Shown here: positions 39,091 to 51,800 of the stretch, in pieces
Layout: each line of letters begins with the position of its first letter
Position numbering within the stretch: the stretch's first letter is position 1
NCBI GenBank assembly: GCA_002245135.1
Contig: NGBS01000873.1
Span: 62,001-126,000 of the forward strand
DNA: 64,000 nt
Reading direction: 5' to 3'
From: Proteromonas lacertae
Lineage: Eukaryota
Translations under genes and position numbers: made by a program
The notes under the pieces: generated by a model
Told to the model about the DNA's origin: nothing
Database searches by the model: none
What the model saw: only the letters and a program-made list of their open reading frames with translations

Positions 39091-40760
39091 TTAATCCATT
39101 TCTATTGTTTTATTATCATTAACAATTAAATCTAACTCTTTTTCACTTTCATTATTATCTCTTTTCATTATATTTTTGTACAACATAACAATTACAACAA
39201 TCATCAACATTATCATAATACAACCTACTATAAGCAAAATAATTTCTATTGTATTTATAGTTTTAATATTACCTTTATTATCATCATCATTTTCATCATC
39301 TTTATCATCAACAATTACTCCTTCACTTCCTTCATATTTCTCTTTTACTTTTTCATCTTTATTTTCATCTTTAATTGGATATATTCCTTCATATTCATCT
39401 TTATTTATCACATTTATTGATTCTATATTATGTAATATCTTAATATATGTATTGCTAATTCTGTCAATCATGGAATTAAAAGTAGTTTCTTCATTCTCAT
39501 CAAATGCAAATATTTTTATATTATCAATTAGAAAATCAAATTGTATATTCTTTCCACAATAGTTATTATATTCTGTTAATAGTTTATATTCATTATTATC
39601 AATTGTTGTATATAAATAGGTATTTTTAACAAAATTTTGAGATAATAGAACAGATCCATTTGATGAAGATAATAACATATAATATTTATCTCTTATTTTC
39701 CATATTAATTTGTTACTATATCTATCAGAGTATGAATCATTAAAACTCAGATAATATGGAACAGAGAATGATGCATATAAAACTTGTGAGAATAACACAA
39801 CTGTTGATATCTTTTCTGAATAAAACTTATTTTTCTTATACATTATCGATACTCCCTTTGTATCATTATTCAATACCAATAAATTTCTTTCAAATTTAAA
39901 TGTGATATTTTTATTAGGAAAATCTTTGTGAAAATCAGCAACAGATTCTTTTACACTTACTTTATTATTTACAATATATATTGAACTTAAATCTTTGTTC
40001 AATTCTTCATCAATCCATTCTATTCTAAGAGGATCTATTACAATAGATATATGAAGAAAACAATACTTTCATCTAAATGTAGTTTTATTCTATACACCAA
40101 CCTTGCTTCACAATTCTCTGATTCATAATCTGACAATATATTAATGCAACCTATTGCAACAATTGTAAAATTATGAGGAGTAAAGAAATAATAAATACTA
40201 TAATAGTCATCTAAATATCCACTTATATCATCACTGTTTGAAATGCTATTATGAATATTTTCATTTACATATGCAGTTTCTTTGTTTATTGAATCACCAT
40301 TTACAACACTATCTACACTGATAAATGATTCTGTCCATACTTTTACCTTTCTGATATTTGAGATTCTACAATTATCTTTCATCTATAGTGAGTTTAGAAT
40401 ATCTATAGACTGATAAGTTCTTATTATAGATTAAACCTACTACTTTTCCTAATCTACTTGCGAAATCCTTTTCAGCAATGTAAAAATGAAATTTATATCG
40501 ATCTTCACCATCCTTATCATTAGGAATGTGTGTAATACATAACTCATTACCTGTTGATAAGTAAAGAGTAGATCTATCCGTATAAGCTCCAATACTTATC
40601 TTGTTCCATTCAATATCACAGCTATTCGTGTCTTTAAATGGTAGAACTGTGTCTATAAGGCTATCTTGATTATCAGATTCTAATGTACATCAAATGCTAG
40701 AATTTATATTACTTATATTATACCCAATAAAAACATTTGATGCTTTTCAAACACTTTCAT
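39091..40760 (-). CDS. Single-pass type I membrane protein, unknown function; 5' structure uncertain
   Basis: C-terminal TM IILLIVGCIMIMLMIVVIVML. Upstream exons are joined by GT-AG introns; the first junction does not restore frame cleanly. Confidence 0.55.
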
Positions 40761-40849
40761 TAGCAAAGATATAAGAAAATTACTTTGAAACGGTCAAATT
40801 TTTATAAACAAGAAAAACAAGTCAAAACAAGGTGATATAAATAATAGTA

Positions 40850-42975
40850 TTAATTTTGATGAGAAACTGACAATAATTCAACTGAAGTGTTTTCACCATA
40901 TAATCCAGCATATGGATATAATGGAGAAGGTAAATCTTCAACAAGTAAAACAGGAGATGAATTATTATGACTTATCCAAAATTCTCTTTTATTCATATCA
41001 ACAATCACTTCATAAATTGAATCATTACCAGGAATAATAAAATTTGAATTTTCAGTAACAACTGTTCCAATATGACAATATCTTGTAATATCTTGACTTT
41101 CACCATAAAATGCAACATAATTACATGTTGTTGATTGATAATGAATATTATTACCAGAATATGTATTATCAGTTGATAATCCTAATATCATATGATCATG
41201 TCTTCTTTCATTTCGATGAAATTTATATTTGATATGATAAACTCCATTTTCCATTTTCAAATTCAAATAACAATGACGATAACATCAATAATATGAATTA
41301 CTTATTAATTTTTCATTATTTGATATTGATATTTCATCACTTTTGTTTAATTCTGTGAACTTTATATCAATAAATTCCAATGATATTTTGATTTTCTTTT
41401 CATTTACAATATTCTTACAACTTATTTCATATTCTCTATTTTTGATTTCTTTATTCACTTTTCCATTAATTATTCCATTTTCTTGATCTATCATTAAACC
41501 ATCTGGCAATAAAGGATTTATTGAAAATTCACATCGATTTCCATCAAATAAAGGAATTATTGACATTTCTTCATTTAATCCAAATGAATATTCTGATTGA
41601 AGATATGAAAATGATGTGATTTCTTTTGTTTTTAATTCACTCAATAATTCTTTCTCTTTCATTATTACAATCATTTCTTCTTCTTCTTCTAAACTCAATT
41701 TCATATTCTGAATATATTCGATTAATAATTCTTTGGATTTAGAATTTATATAATTATCTTCATTCAATATTCTAAAAAGAATTTCTTTTCCACATATTTC
41801 TTCTATTATTGAAATATTCTTCTTATCATCAACAAACAAACATAAACATTTCATTGTTCGATTTCTTTTATTCTCATTATATTCTATACATAATCTATCC
41901 AATAGATTTCTCTTTTCTATATTTGAGATATATTCTATTTAAATATATTTTTAGTATTTATACTTTCCATTTTCACATTTTTATATTTCATTATCATCAA
42001 TACTATTTCACTCATTTTTATGTTATTCATTTCTAATATACACATTATTTCATCATTCAATTCTTCTTCTTTCATCTTATCCAATATTCTTCTTTCTTCT
42101 TCATTAAAGTCTTCTTCTTTATTATCTTCATTGTAATTGTTGATTATTACATTTTGAATTCTCTCATCTTTTATTAAATATATTTCTATATGATTTTTAC
42201 ATTCATTTTTCTTTAATTCTATTTTCATTTCTTTCAACATTTCTTTATTCTCTTTTTCTATTTCTTTCTCTTTTATCTTTTCACAATCAATATCTTCTTC
42301 TATCAATTGTTTAAAATCATCTTGTATCTCTTTATTATCTTTCTCATTCATTTGGAATTTATACCATTCCAATAAGCGATTTAATAACCATAACTCATTC
42401 ACTATTATCGCATCTCTCATATTTAATATCTCACTCAAATTATTCATTTCTAATCTCAACAAATATTCATTCTTATATAAATATTTATATCCTCGCTTTT
42501 CTATTTCCATATTTTTCAAGTCTTCTATCTCTCTCAAACATCCACCAAATACATTACAAATATGAATTAATTTCATTAATACTTCATCATCTATATTATT
42601 CTTCACAAATTCATAACAATCATTTATTATCTCTTTTTCACAATAACATAAACAAAACATCAACACTTCACATACACTCTCTTTACAGATTATCAATTCA
42701 CCACCACTGTAGTATTTCTCCATCTCATAATAGCCAATTTCTTCGATTTCTTCATATAACTCCAAAACTCCAACAAACTCACGATCTAACAACAGTTTCT
42801 TTACAGTTTCATTTCCATTCACTAAAATTATTTGATTGACATTATTCGATTATCTCCAATCTTCACTTCTATATCACCAAAACCATTTTCAACCAATTTT
42901 CGACATAATCTATCATAAAAATAAATATATTAAATACCCCTCTTCTCTTATGCTTTTATTCACTTTTATTATCAT
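40850..42975 (-). pseudogene. BTB/BACK-like, He_PIG Ig and SPRY-like gene, disrupted
   Basis: GFGDIEVKIG...KYYSGGELII (BTB-like), VNELWLLNRLLEW (BACK-like), INPLLPDGLMIDQENGIING (He_PIG), VDMNKREFWISHN...PLYPYAGLY (SPRY). Frameshifts at about 42842 and 41938 and an in-frame TGA at 41285-41287. Confidence 0.6.
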
Positions 42976-43288
42976 CTTTATGTAAATATATAACAAAAAT
43001 AACGAAATTATATTTTTATCAAAATTTTGATTAACCCCAAACTTAAAATGTGATTTAATTCAATTACAGAATGTGTGATAAAGACAATAATACTCAATTC
43101 TGATTTATTAATGCATATTAATATGATATAATGATATAAATGATGAACGTTTAGTTTTAGTGTTAGTTTGTGTTATTGATAATGTATTTCTTTTGTGATG
43201 AATAGATAACATTTCTTTTGTGACAAAAAATTCAATAAAGTAAAATTAAGAGTTGTTATTATTAATACTATATTAATCACAGTTATAT

Positions 43289-43809
43289 TCAATATAATCC
43301 CTGTAACTTTGTCAATATCAACAATGCAGCATTTCTTGCCAAACTACAATATATAATTAAAAAAATATTTATATACTCAGACCAGTGGTTTGTCATAATC
43401 TCATCAGCTTTATACATAATATACTTTTTATCATCAGGATACTTATCCAACAAATCCAAAAACCAAAACTGTAAGAAATCCGATACTAACTGTGGTCCTT
43501 GATGCTTATTTGTTTCAAATGATTTTTTTATACATTTCATCACCACTTCCATTGTTAAATCAGTAAATTCATTATGAATTAACAGACTTTGAGAACACAT
43601 TGTTAATAAATGGAAAAATAGTGGTTCTTTGTCACCTTTTGTAAGAGGCCAATATTTACATAATGCTCTTATCAACTATATATATATAAAGATATAAATA
43701 ATATATAATAATTAATACTAATTTTGTACATAATGTATTATCTATAATAAATTGTTCAATTAATGATAAAAAACAATCTTGAAAAAATGATAAATCTGAT
43801 CTCTAAATA

Positions 43810-43845
<36 letters not shown>

Positions 43846-45088
43846 TTTTATGAATAATATAATCAACTTATATATTCCAATCCAATTCATAGTCATCATG
43901 TAATTATTAGTTATAAATAATCTATCTACAAATAATATAATATTCATCACTATATCCAGTGAAGTATTATCATCATCATCATAAGCTGCATCTGTTATTA
44001 TATGCATCACTTGAATTTCAATGAAATGAGCTAATTTTTGAGATTTTAAATATAAATGGTTTAAAATTATTGTCAACATATGGCTTTCGTAAGAAGCAGT
44101 CATTTTTAATTCATCTAATAACTAAACAAACAATAAATATTTGATAATATATATATATATACTGTTAATATAAAGTGCTTTGAAACATATGCGTTTAATA
44201 TTGAATCATTTACATTCGTATTTGAGAATATTATATCGATTAATTCTAATAAACTGATTCTTACTTCTTCACTAGTTTTATAATTTGTCATTTTCAATAT
44301 TTTATTACACTATATAATAATAATAATAATAATAATACAATATCTATAAATGATTGAAATGATTCATCTCGAGGATATAATGTAACATTTCCTTTATGTA
44401 GTAAAAGTAATTTCTTTAATTCTTCTACTATTGTTTTCTGTGATAATGGATCATTTAATACATCCAATTTCAATACAGATTCAATTTTATTAAGTGAAAC
44501 GATGATTTTCAGTTGTTGTTGGGATAAATTTGTATTACCATTTTTCTCATTTAATGGGTGTAAATGGTTGGTTGAAGATGATTTATTCTTATTGATTGGC
44601 ATTAGTTTTTGAGGTTCTGGGGTACTAGATGCGCTATAAGGTCGTGGAAGATATAACATTGCTAATTCTTGTTGTTCTTTTAACTGTTTTACACTATGAG
44701 ATTTCTTTTTAGGTTTTGAAGCTAATGATCTAGTATCTATTGGTTCTATTTCTATTGGAGTGCTTTGAGGACGATTTTTAAGAGGAGAGAGAGTCTTGGG
44801 AGGAGAACTTTTCTTTGGACTTGGCATAAATAGAAGTTCTCGATTAACATTTGAATTATCTTCTAAATCACGTGAATGATGAGATTTAGTAGAACGCTTT
44901 GATGTGGAAGGAGTATTCTTCTTTTTACTTTTCTCAGCTTTGGGTGGTACAAATGAAGCAACATATGGACTGGCAATAAACATACCTCTAGGAATTTGTT
45001 TAGCTGAAGGTGGAACTATTAAAGGTGGTAGATTTATGTTCCTGGACTGCTTAGATCCATCCTTACGTTTTTTACGATTACTGCTCAT
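43289..45088 (-). CDS. Divergent PP2A B56/B' regulatory subunit-like protein with long disordered N-terminus
   Basis: LIRALCKYWPLTKGDKEPLFF resembles B56 LLKYWPxTxSxKEVxFL. ESHMLTIILNHLYLK resembles ERDxLKTxLHRIYGK. C-terminal NHWSE corresponds to HWN. Multi-exon. Confidence 0.6.
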
Positions 45089-45273
45089 TATTTATATTCT
45101 TAAAAATTTAAAAATATAAAATAACAACCTTTTTGAAACGGACTAATATTCAATATATGAAATATTGATTGAATGGATGGTTATATGGAATAAAATATAT
45201 GATATTTTATTTCAATAACTATAAAGAAACACAATCAATCAGAATATATAAAATACTAAGATAGATTTAATTG

Positions 45274-48200
45274 TTAATAAAGAGAATGAATTGGAATTCC
45301 ATTTCTATCAACTCCAGTATCACTATTTTTAGACAATTTTTCTCGAATTTTGCACTCAAGACAATTTTTGTTATAATCAGTAGCCAACTCGTTAATAAAT
45401 ACCCAAGATGGATAAAACCCTTTGCATTTCTTACAAAATTTCCCATTTGGATCTTTGTTTATAAGTCTGTTGAATCTCATTCCTCTCTTATATTTTTTAC
45501 CTGCACAATTCATACATAGATATATTCCGTTATTCTCAACAGTGGGTTTTTTATTTGTAGGAGAACCAAAAGTCTCAAGAATTGATATTTTATTATTGCA
45601 ATCTACACATCTTTTAAAAACACGCTTTTGTTTTGTATATTCAACAAAATCATTCTCTAATTGCTGCTTTGAAATAGAATTTGTATCTGCTGAAATACAA
45701 AACAATGTAGAAGATGACAAACGACGATGTTTGGGAGTTACATTAACTTCATTAACTATCACATTATTCAGTTGTCTTTTCTGTGGAGAATAAATAAATT
45801 GAGTAAGCTGAGAATAATCATTTTCAGATAATGACTTTACATTATTCTTCTTTGTTAATGAAAGATTATAATTTTCAGGTTTATTTGTTGTTTTTTTATA
45901 ATTATTAACTAATGGTAATAATTGAGTATTACACAGACATTTCTGATTATTGTTATATATAATATTCATATCATTATGAGGAGGATATTGCAAAATCGTT
46001 GGATAAATATAATAATTTTGAGGAACTTGTTGAATTTGTAATGAAGGTTGATGTAATACAGTGGGTAGCTGTGGAGGTGGTTGCATTAATGAAGAAGATT
46101 TAACTGAAGAAGATTTAACTGAAGATGCTAATGTATCTGTTGTTTCAGTTAATATTTTATCTGAGTCTTTGTACTCTTTTTCTGTTTCTGTGTTTACATC
46201 TTCTTCTACCTTTTCATTCTCTTTATAACTACTAATTCCATTTTCAATTTCTAAATTATGATTATCTTGTGGCAAATTAGTTTTTTCCTTATCATCTTTT
46301 CTCTCTTCTTCATTCTGAATTTGTTTTAAAACCTCTTCTGTTTCTGAATCTATCATACTTCTTATTCTACATAATATACAAACTTCAGAGTATTTATTAA
46401 TCATTTTATCAACATAACACCAATTGTCATACATTGTTTTACAATCTTTACACCTCTTTCCTGCTTTTGATTGATCAATTCTTCTGATAATTGTAAAACT
46501 GCTATCTTTTTTAGACAAAATTAATGAAACTCTTTCATTAATAATACATCTATCACACAAACATTCATAACTAGCTTTATATACATGCAATGCAAAGGCT
46601 AATAATTTTGGAACTACTCTTTTACATATTAAACATGTAGTTGTATCTTCTTTAATAACATCATACTTCTTTTCATCATCAGAATATTCTTGTAATAAAA
46701 CATCAGCTATATTGAATTTATAACCTATGTTACATTTACATGTTTCAAAATATCCTATTTTCATTTTATTCCTACAATTAAAACAATATTTAGAGTATTG
46801 AAAGTCTTCACTATCAATAAAATACCACGTTGGAAAACTATGATGACATCTTTTACAATTATTACCATTATTATCTCTATTAATGTAATGAGTAATAGGT
46901 GATATTCCAATGTATTTGTCAGCGCAATTAAGACACAATATGTTTTTATCTACAAAATATAATGAATATTCTATCGAATAATGCTTATTACAGTAATTAC
47001 ATAATATCATCCTTTTTTTGAAATTATTGTATTTGGTTAAATCATCTAAATATAATTTCTTTTCTACACTACTTAATTTTTCATCTATTTCCACTTTCAA
47101 GTCACAATTTTCATCAATACTGTTTCTTTTTTCTTCTATTTCATCAGATAACGTCGAAGATGCTAATAATAATTTTATCACTCCAGGCTTTAGATTTAGT
47201 TCAACTAACAATTGTTTGGATTTTTCTTTTTCTATTTGCTGTGATAGTGATATTGGTTGTGATATTGGTTGCTGCATAGGTATATAAACAGCGTAAGGCA
47301 TAACTGGAGGTGGATATGATGATGGCTGCATAAGTATTTGTTTATCATACAATAAATTTTGTCTTTTCAATCTAAATTCTGAAAACTCTTCACTATTAAT
47401 TATCCATTCTTCATTAGTATATAATGGTGATAATAACTGCAACATAGGAAAAATTTTAAAAGCTAATAAAATAATTGCATATTCTTTTCTACATTCTATA
47501 CAATGTAATGAATAAGTAGAACTAGAATCGCTAATATAACACCAATTAGGGTATTTATTTTTACATTTTTTACATATTCTACCATCTGATTCTTTAGCTG
47601 ATACAATTTGTGTTATTCTATTGAAAGTAGGTTGAGAATCATTTTTTCCTTTTGATCTATAATCTGCATACACTTTTGATGCACAATTTATGCAATTATA
47701 ATAGTCGTTTGGTTTAGGTATAATTGAACCAACCATTTGAATCTTGGACATTCTTGATTTACATCCATTACAGATTAACATCACATCTATTTGTCTTTCA
47801 TATTCATTTTTATCAAAATACCATATACTATTGTCTATAGGAATATTACATGCATTTGGTACAACTTTATGCCTTTCATTACCTTTATTAATAGACAGAT
47901 CATCACCATTTTCATCATTTTCTGATATTCGAATGTTGGATTCTTCTGCTTTTTGTTGTACCTTAATTTTATTCCTACATTCTGTACATGTATTACACTT
48001 TCTAAAAAGATATTCTTTATACTTTAAGAAACACCAACTTTGCTTATATTTACCACATCTTACGCATTTAGTCATGTTATATTTTGGGGTTTCAGAAGTG
48101 CAAGTCCAGTCTTTAATTTTGTCCACATTTTTTGTGCAGTTTATACAAATGTAATCAGCATCACTGATATATAAATCTTTATCTGTATTTAATAAAAACA

Positions 48201-48336
48201 TAAAAAGCATTGAGTGTATTCTTTTACATTGAGAACATTTACGTCTTTTCATTAAGTATTCTAGGAACTGTAATTCTTCTGCAGATGATGCTTCCACTTT
48301 TATACCTACAGGACAGTCATATATTAACTCATTCAT
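45274..48336 (-). CDS. Protein with five 8-Cys tandem zinc-finger units
   Basis: Intronless 1020 aa ORF with five CxxC-CxxC-CxxCxxxxPxWx[FY]-CxxC[RK] units separated by Q/P-rich and acidic linkers. Confidence 0.8.
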   Translation of the reverse strand: MNELIYDCPVGIKVEASSAEELQFLEYLMKRRKCSQCKRIHSMLFMFLLNTDKDLYISDADYICINCTKNVDKIKDWTCTSETPKYNMTKCVRCGKYKQSWCFLKYKEYLFRKCNTCTECRNKIKVQQKAEESNIRISENDENGDDLSINKGNERHKVVPNACNIPIDNSIWYFDKNEYERQIDVMLICNGCKSRMSKIQMVGSIIPKPNDYYNCINCASKVYADYRSKGKNDSQPTFNRITQIVSAKESDGRICKKCKNKYPNWCYISDSSSTYSLHCIECRKEYAIILLAFKIFPMLQLLSPLYTNEEWIINSEEFSEFRLKRQNLLYDKQILMQPSSYPPPVMPYAVYIPMQQPISQPISLSQQIEKEKSKQLLVELNLKPGVIKLLLASSTLSDEIEEKRNSIDENCDLKVEIDEKLSSVEKKLYLDDLTKYNNFKKRMILCNYCNKHYSIEYSLYFVDKNILCLNCADKYIGISPITHYINRDNNGNNCKRCHHSFPTWYFIDSEDFQYSKYCFNCRNKMKIGYFETCKCNIGYKFNIADVLLQEYSDDEKKYDVIKEDTTTCLICKRVVPKLLAFALHVYKASYECLCDRCIINERVSLILSKKDSSFTIIRRIDQSKAGKRCKDCKTMYDNWCYVDKMINKYSEVCILCRIRSMIDSETEEVLKQIQNEEERKDDKEKTNLPQDNHNLEIENGISSYKENEKVEEDVNTETEKEYKDSDKILTETTDTLASSVKSSSVKSSSLMQPPPQLPTVLHQPSLQIQQVPQNYYIYPTILQYPPHNDMNIIYNNNQKCLCNTQLLPLVNNYKKTTNKPENYNLSLTKKNNVKSLSENDYSQLTQFIYSPQKRQLNNVIVNEVNVTPKHRRLSSSTLFCISADTNSISKQQLENDFVEYTKQKRVFKRCVDCNNKISILETFGSPTNKKPTVENNGIYLCMNCAGKKYKRGMRFNRLINKDPNGKFCKKCKGFYPSWVFINELATDYNKNCLECKIREKLSKNSDTGVDRNGIPIHSLY

Positions 48337-48863
48337 ATAACTAAAAATAAAATTCTAAAACTTCCGTTTTAGAAATTTTTAAAAATATCACGCTTTGGTA
48401 ATTAGTAGATTTAGAAGTATTTTATGCATTTTAATCTGAAGTTTTCTGTTGTATGTGCAGAGCTAAAAATTTACATCCGTATAAAGTGTTATTAACAGAT
48501 ATTTTTATTTACAGCTTTTTGTAAGAATTAAAATGGAAAATATAATTTAATATAGTGATTGTTAAAGCATAGTTATGCATTTATATTATGTGAGGTTAAT
48601 ATTCATTTTTTTTTCTACTGTTTACATTATAAGCAAATTTTATAGGATATATATTTTATTTTTATTATAAGTACAATATGCTTATTGTTTTTTATGTGGT
48701 TTTTGAATATAATGAGATTGTTACAAGAATTATTCTATCTAGAGGTAGTAATGACATATAAATATATTATATATTGTTCAAAATGAAATGAATTATTTAT
48801 AAATTTGTAATTAATTATAATACTCTTTTAAGCAAAACTAGACAAGCATATCAAATAATCTTA

Positions 48864-51800
48864 TTAAATGATTTTTTCATTATCAACTAAAGATGAAGAT
48901 CTAGCTCTCTTTCTAAACATTCCTGATTTTAATAAGTAGAATATCAACATCAATATTATCATTATTCCCACAAACACACAACTAATAGCTATTCCAATTA
49001 TTGCTCCATTGTTTATCTTACAATCACTATCATCTATTTCACTCCATATTCCTTTATTCTCTTTATTCAATTTACATTTTCTTATTTTCACTCCACTTTT
49101 CAATCCTCCACATTTTATTGACACTTCTCTTCCTCTTATATCAGCTGATGATTTTGCAAAACCAGAATCTGATTCACAATAGATTACTTTTAATTCTATC
49201 TCTACATCTACAAATTCTATATTCGATGATGGAGGATTCTTTATTACAAATGTGTAATTTCTTTTCTTTTCATATACTGAAGGTAATCCATAGATTTCGC
49301 CTGTTTTGGAATCTAATATCATTCCTTTTGGTAAAGCTGGACTTACTGTTATTTCAACATTTGTTCCTGATGCTATGAACATATAAGATGATTTTATTAT
49401 ATTTCCAAATATATATTTCATTTTGACACTTTGGTGGATGGAATTATTATTGGAATATTTGGCATTGAGCAATATAACATAAATGAAAATGACACTTGTT
49501 TTCCATTACCACTAATTGTTAAGGTTAAATTCGTTGGTTCAAATTCTCGAGTGATATAACCACTTATTATTCCACTTGAATTATTCAACTTTAATGTTGA
49601 TGGAGATGGTAAATCAGGAGATATTCTATATAATAAATTCTCACCTGTTATTCTTCCTAATGTGATATTGTTATATTCTTTACCACCTTCTATTGTAAAA
49701 CTGACAATATGCGAAATTATTATTGGTTCTATTGAAGATTGATAATGAAATGTGATTGGCATTGATAAATTACTATTTTCGTTATAACAACTAAATGTAT
49801 AAATAACATCACTTGGAATTTTAACATCCACTTTTCCAATGATTATTCCAGTACTGTTATTATATTCAAAACCATCAGGTAATTGCGGTTCAATTGAATA
49901 TGATATTGATTCTGCACTACATTCATATGGTTGTAAAAATTGGTAGCTTATTCCCAAAGAGATGTTTACATCTTTGTCATACTTTACAATGTATGGCACT
50001 TTTGATACAGTAACATAAATAGTTGTATCAATATTTAAATCATATTTGTTCTTTATTGTAAATCTACATTTCAATGACATTTTTCTTGGAATCATACCAC
50101 TTATTAAACCAGTTGTTTTATTCATTCTTAAACTAACAAGAAATCTATCAACTGAGTATGTTAAATTTCTTCCAGATATATTAAAGATTTTATAATTGTC
50201 ATAATATCTACCAACATCAAAATAACTTGAATAATCTAATAAAACAGGGATTTCTGAAGGAATTACACTTATCTTTATTTTGATTATTATTTCATCTAAT
50301 AAATATGGACTTGAGAAAATAAATTCAAATAATTGTTCTTCATCTTCTTTAGTTGCTTTACCTGATATTAATCCAGTATTTTCATCCAATTTCAACCCTT
50401 CTATTCCAGGAGACATTGAATAATGAATATCTTTTCCTGATATTAGAAACAATCTTACATCTTTATTATATTTACCAGCTTCAAATTTATACTCATTTTC
50501 TTGATATATTACTGATGGTATTTCTGTACAAGTAGAAAATATTTCTGCCCATTTTTCATTATTTCCACAATAGAATGTTCTATGTCCTATTGGAGCTCGA
50601 TTATCACAAGGAATTGTTATTTCATTCCCACTAATAGTTTCAGGAAGTATACTTGTAGCTTTACAGTACCTCACAGGACATAAACTGAAATTAATATCAT
50701 ATACTTTTGTTGAATTTTTAAAACCATTTACAGATGTTATGTTTATTCTAATTGCAGAATAAAGATTAGACAAATTATAGTTTGTAAATACTCTTCTTTT
50801 GATAATTGGATATGTAATATCTTTATAATTAGCTATATTAATCCAACTGTAATTCTCATTACTATAACCTTCCAGTGAAAAATCTCTTGGATTATTTTCT
50901 TCTGAAGTAACTATATCAATGCTAAACTGATTAAAATATGAATGAAAATGATCTTTAAATCTCATTATTGCCCATATAGGAACTGAAGTTTGTGTATAAA
51001 ACTTAGAATTTGGATTTTCATCAAAAGCATATTTTATTCCATAATAGTCACTATCCTCTACGTTTGTTTCAGTTAATGGATTTGTATATTTGTTTAATAT
51101 CAAACAATCTTTTTCACTTCCAAATATTCTTAATAAATATGTTTTTATCTGAGGAAATTTAGTTTCTTTTTCATGTTTATGTAATTCAATTGTTATTATT
51201 ACTTTTTCTTCTTCTAAAAATGACAATGGTAATATAAACACTTCGTCAATCACATCATCAAACATATTATTTGCCATTGTATCTTGAGTTATATCACCAT
51301 CTGGTAAATTATTTCGAAATATCTCTTTTCCATTCATTTTCACAATTATTCCACTTATAAAACTCACTTTTAAAGAAAAAGCATTATATTTCTCTAAATC
51401 AGTAAATGAATCTATATTTCGGATATAAACTACATTATTACTTATTTTTCCTTCTAATTCACTCAATATTGATTCTTTCCATAAACCACTAGCTTTATCA
51501 ATATCATCCCAACCATCTTCATATTCACTTGAATATTCCCATTCAGTATTATAATTGTAATCAGATATTGCATTAAAACTATCATTTCCTACTATTTCAT
51601 TGTAGAAAAGAGATTTTCTTGTTACAGGAATCTTATTCACTAACACATCTACATAACTATTCTCAAACCAGTACAAATTATCATCATAATATATTGACTC
51701 ATAAACATCTTCATCTATACAATAATTATATTCATATATATTATCTTTCAACCATTTTTCATCATCTCCATTTAAATATATTATAGCATTTGTATTATCA

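Noticed and set aside
41285..41287. In-frame TGA as selenocysteine or a reassigned codon
   Set aside because: The same gene has frameshifts, conserved genes here use TGG for Trp, TGA ends other genes, and I recognised no SECIS.
43140..43225. Possible box C/D snoRNA (ATGATGA, GTGATGA) with a short direct repeat
   Set aside because: There is no downstream CTGA box D or terminal stem; the TTTCTTTTGTGA repeat is only two copies.
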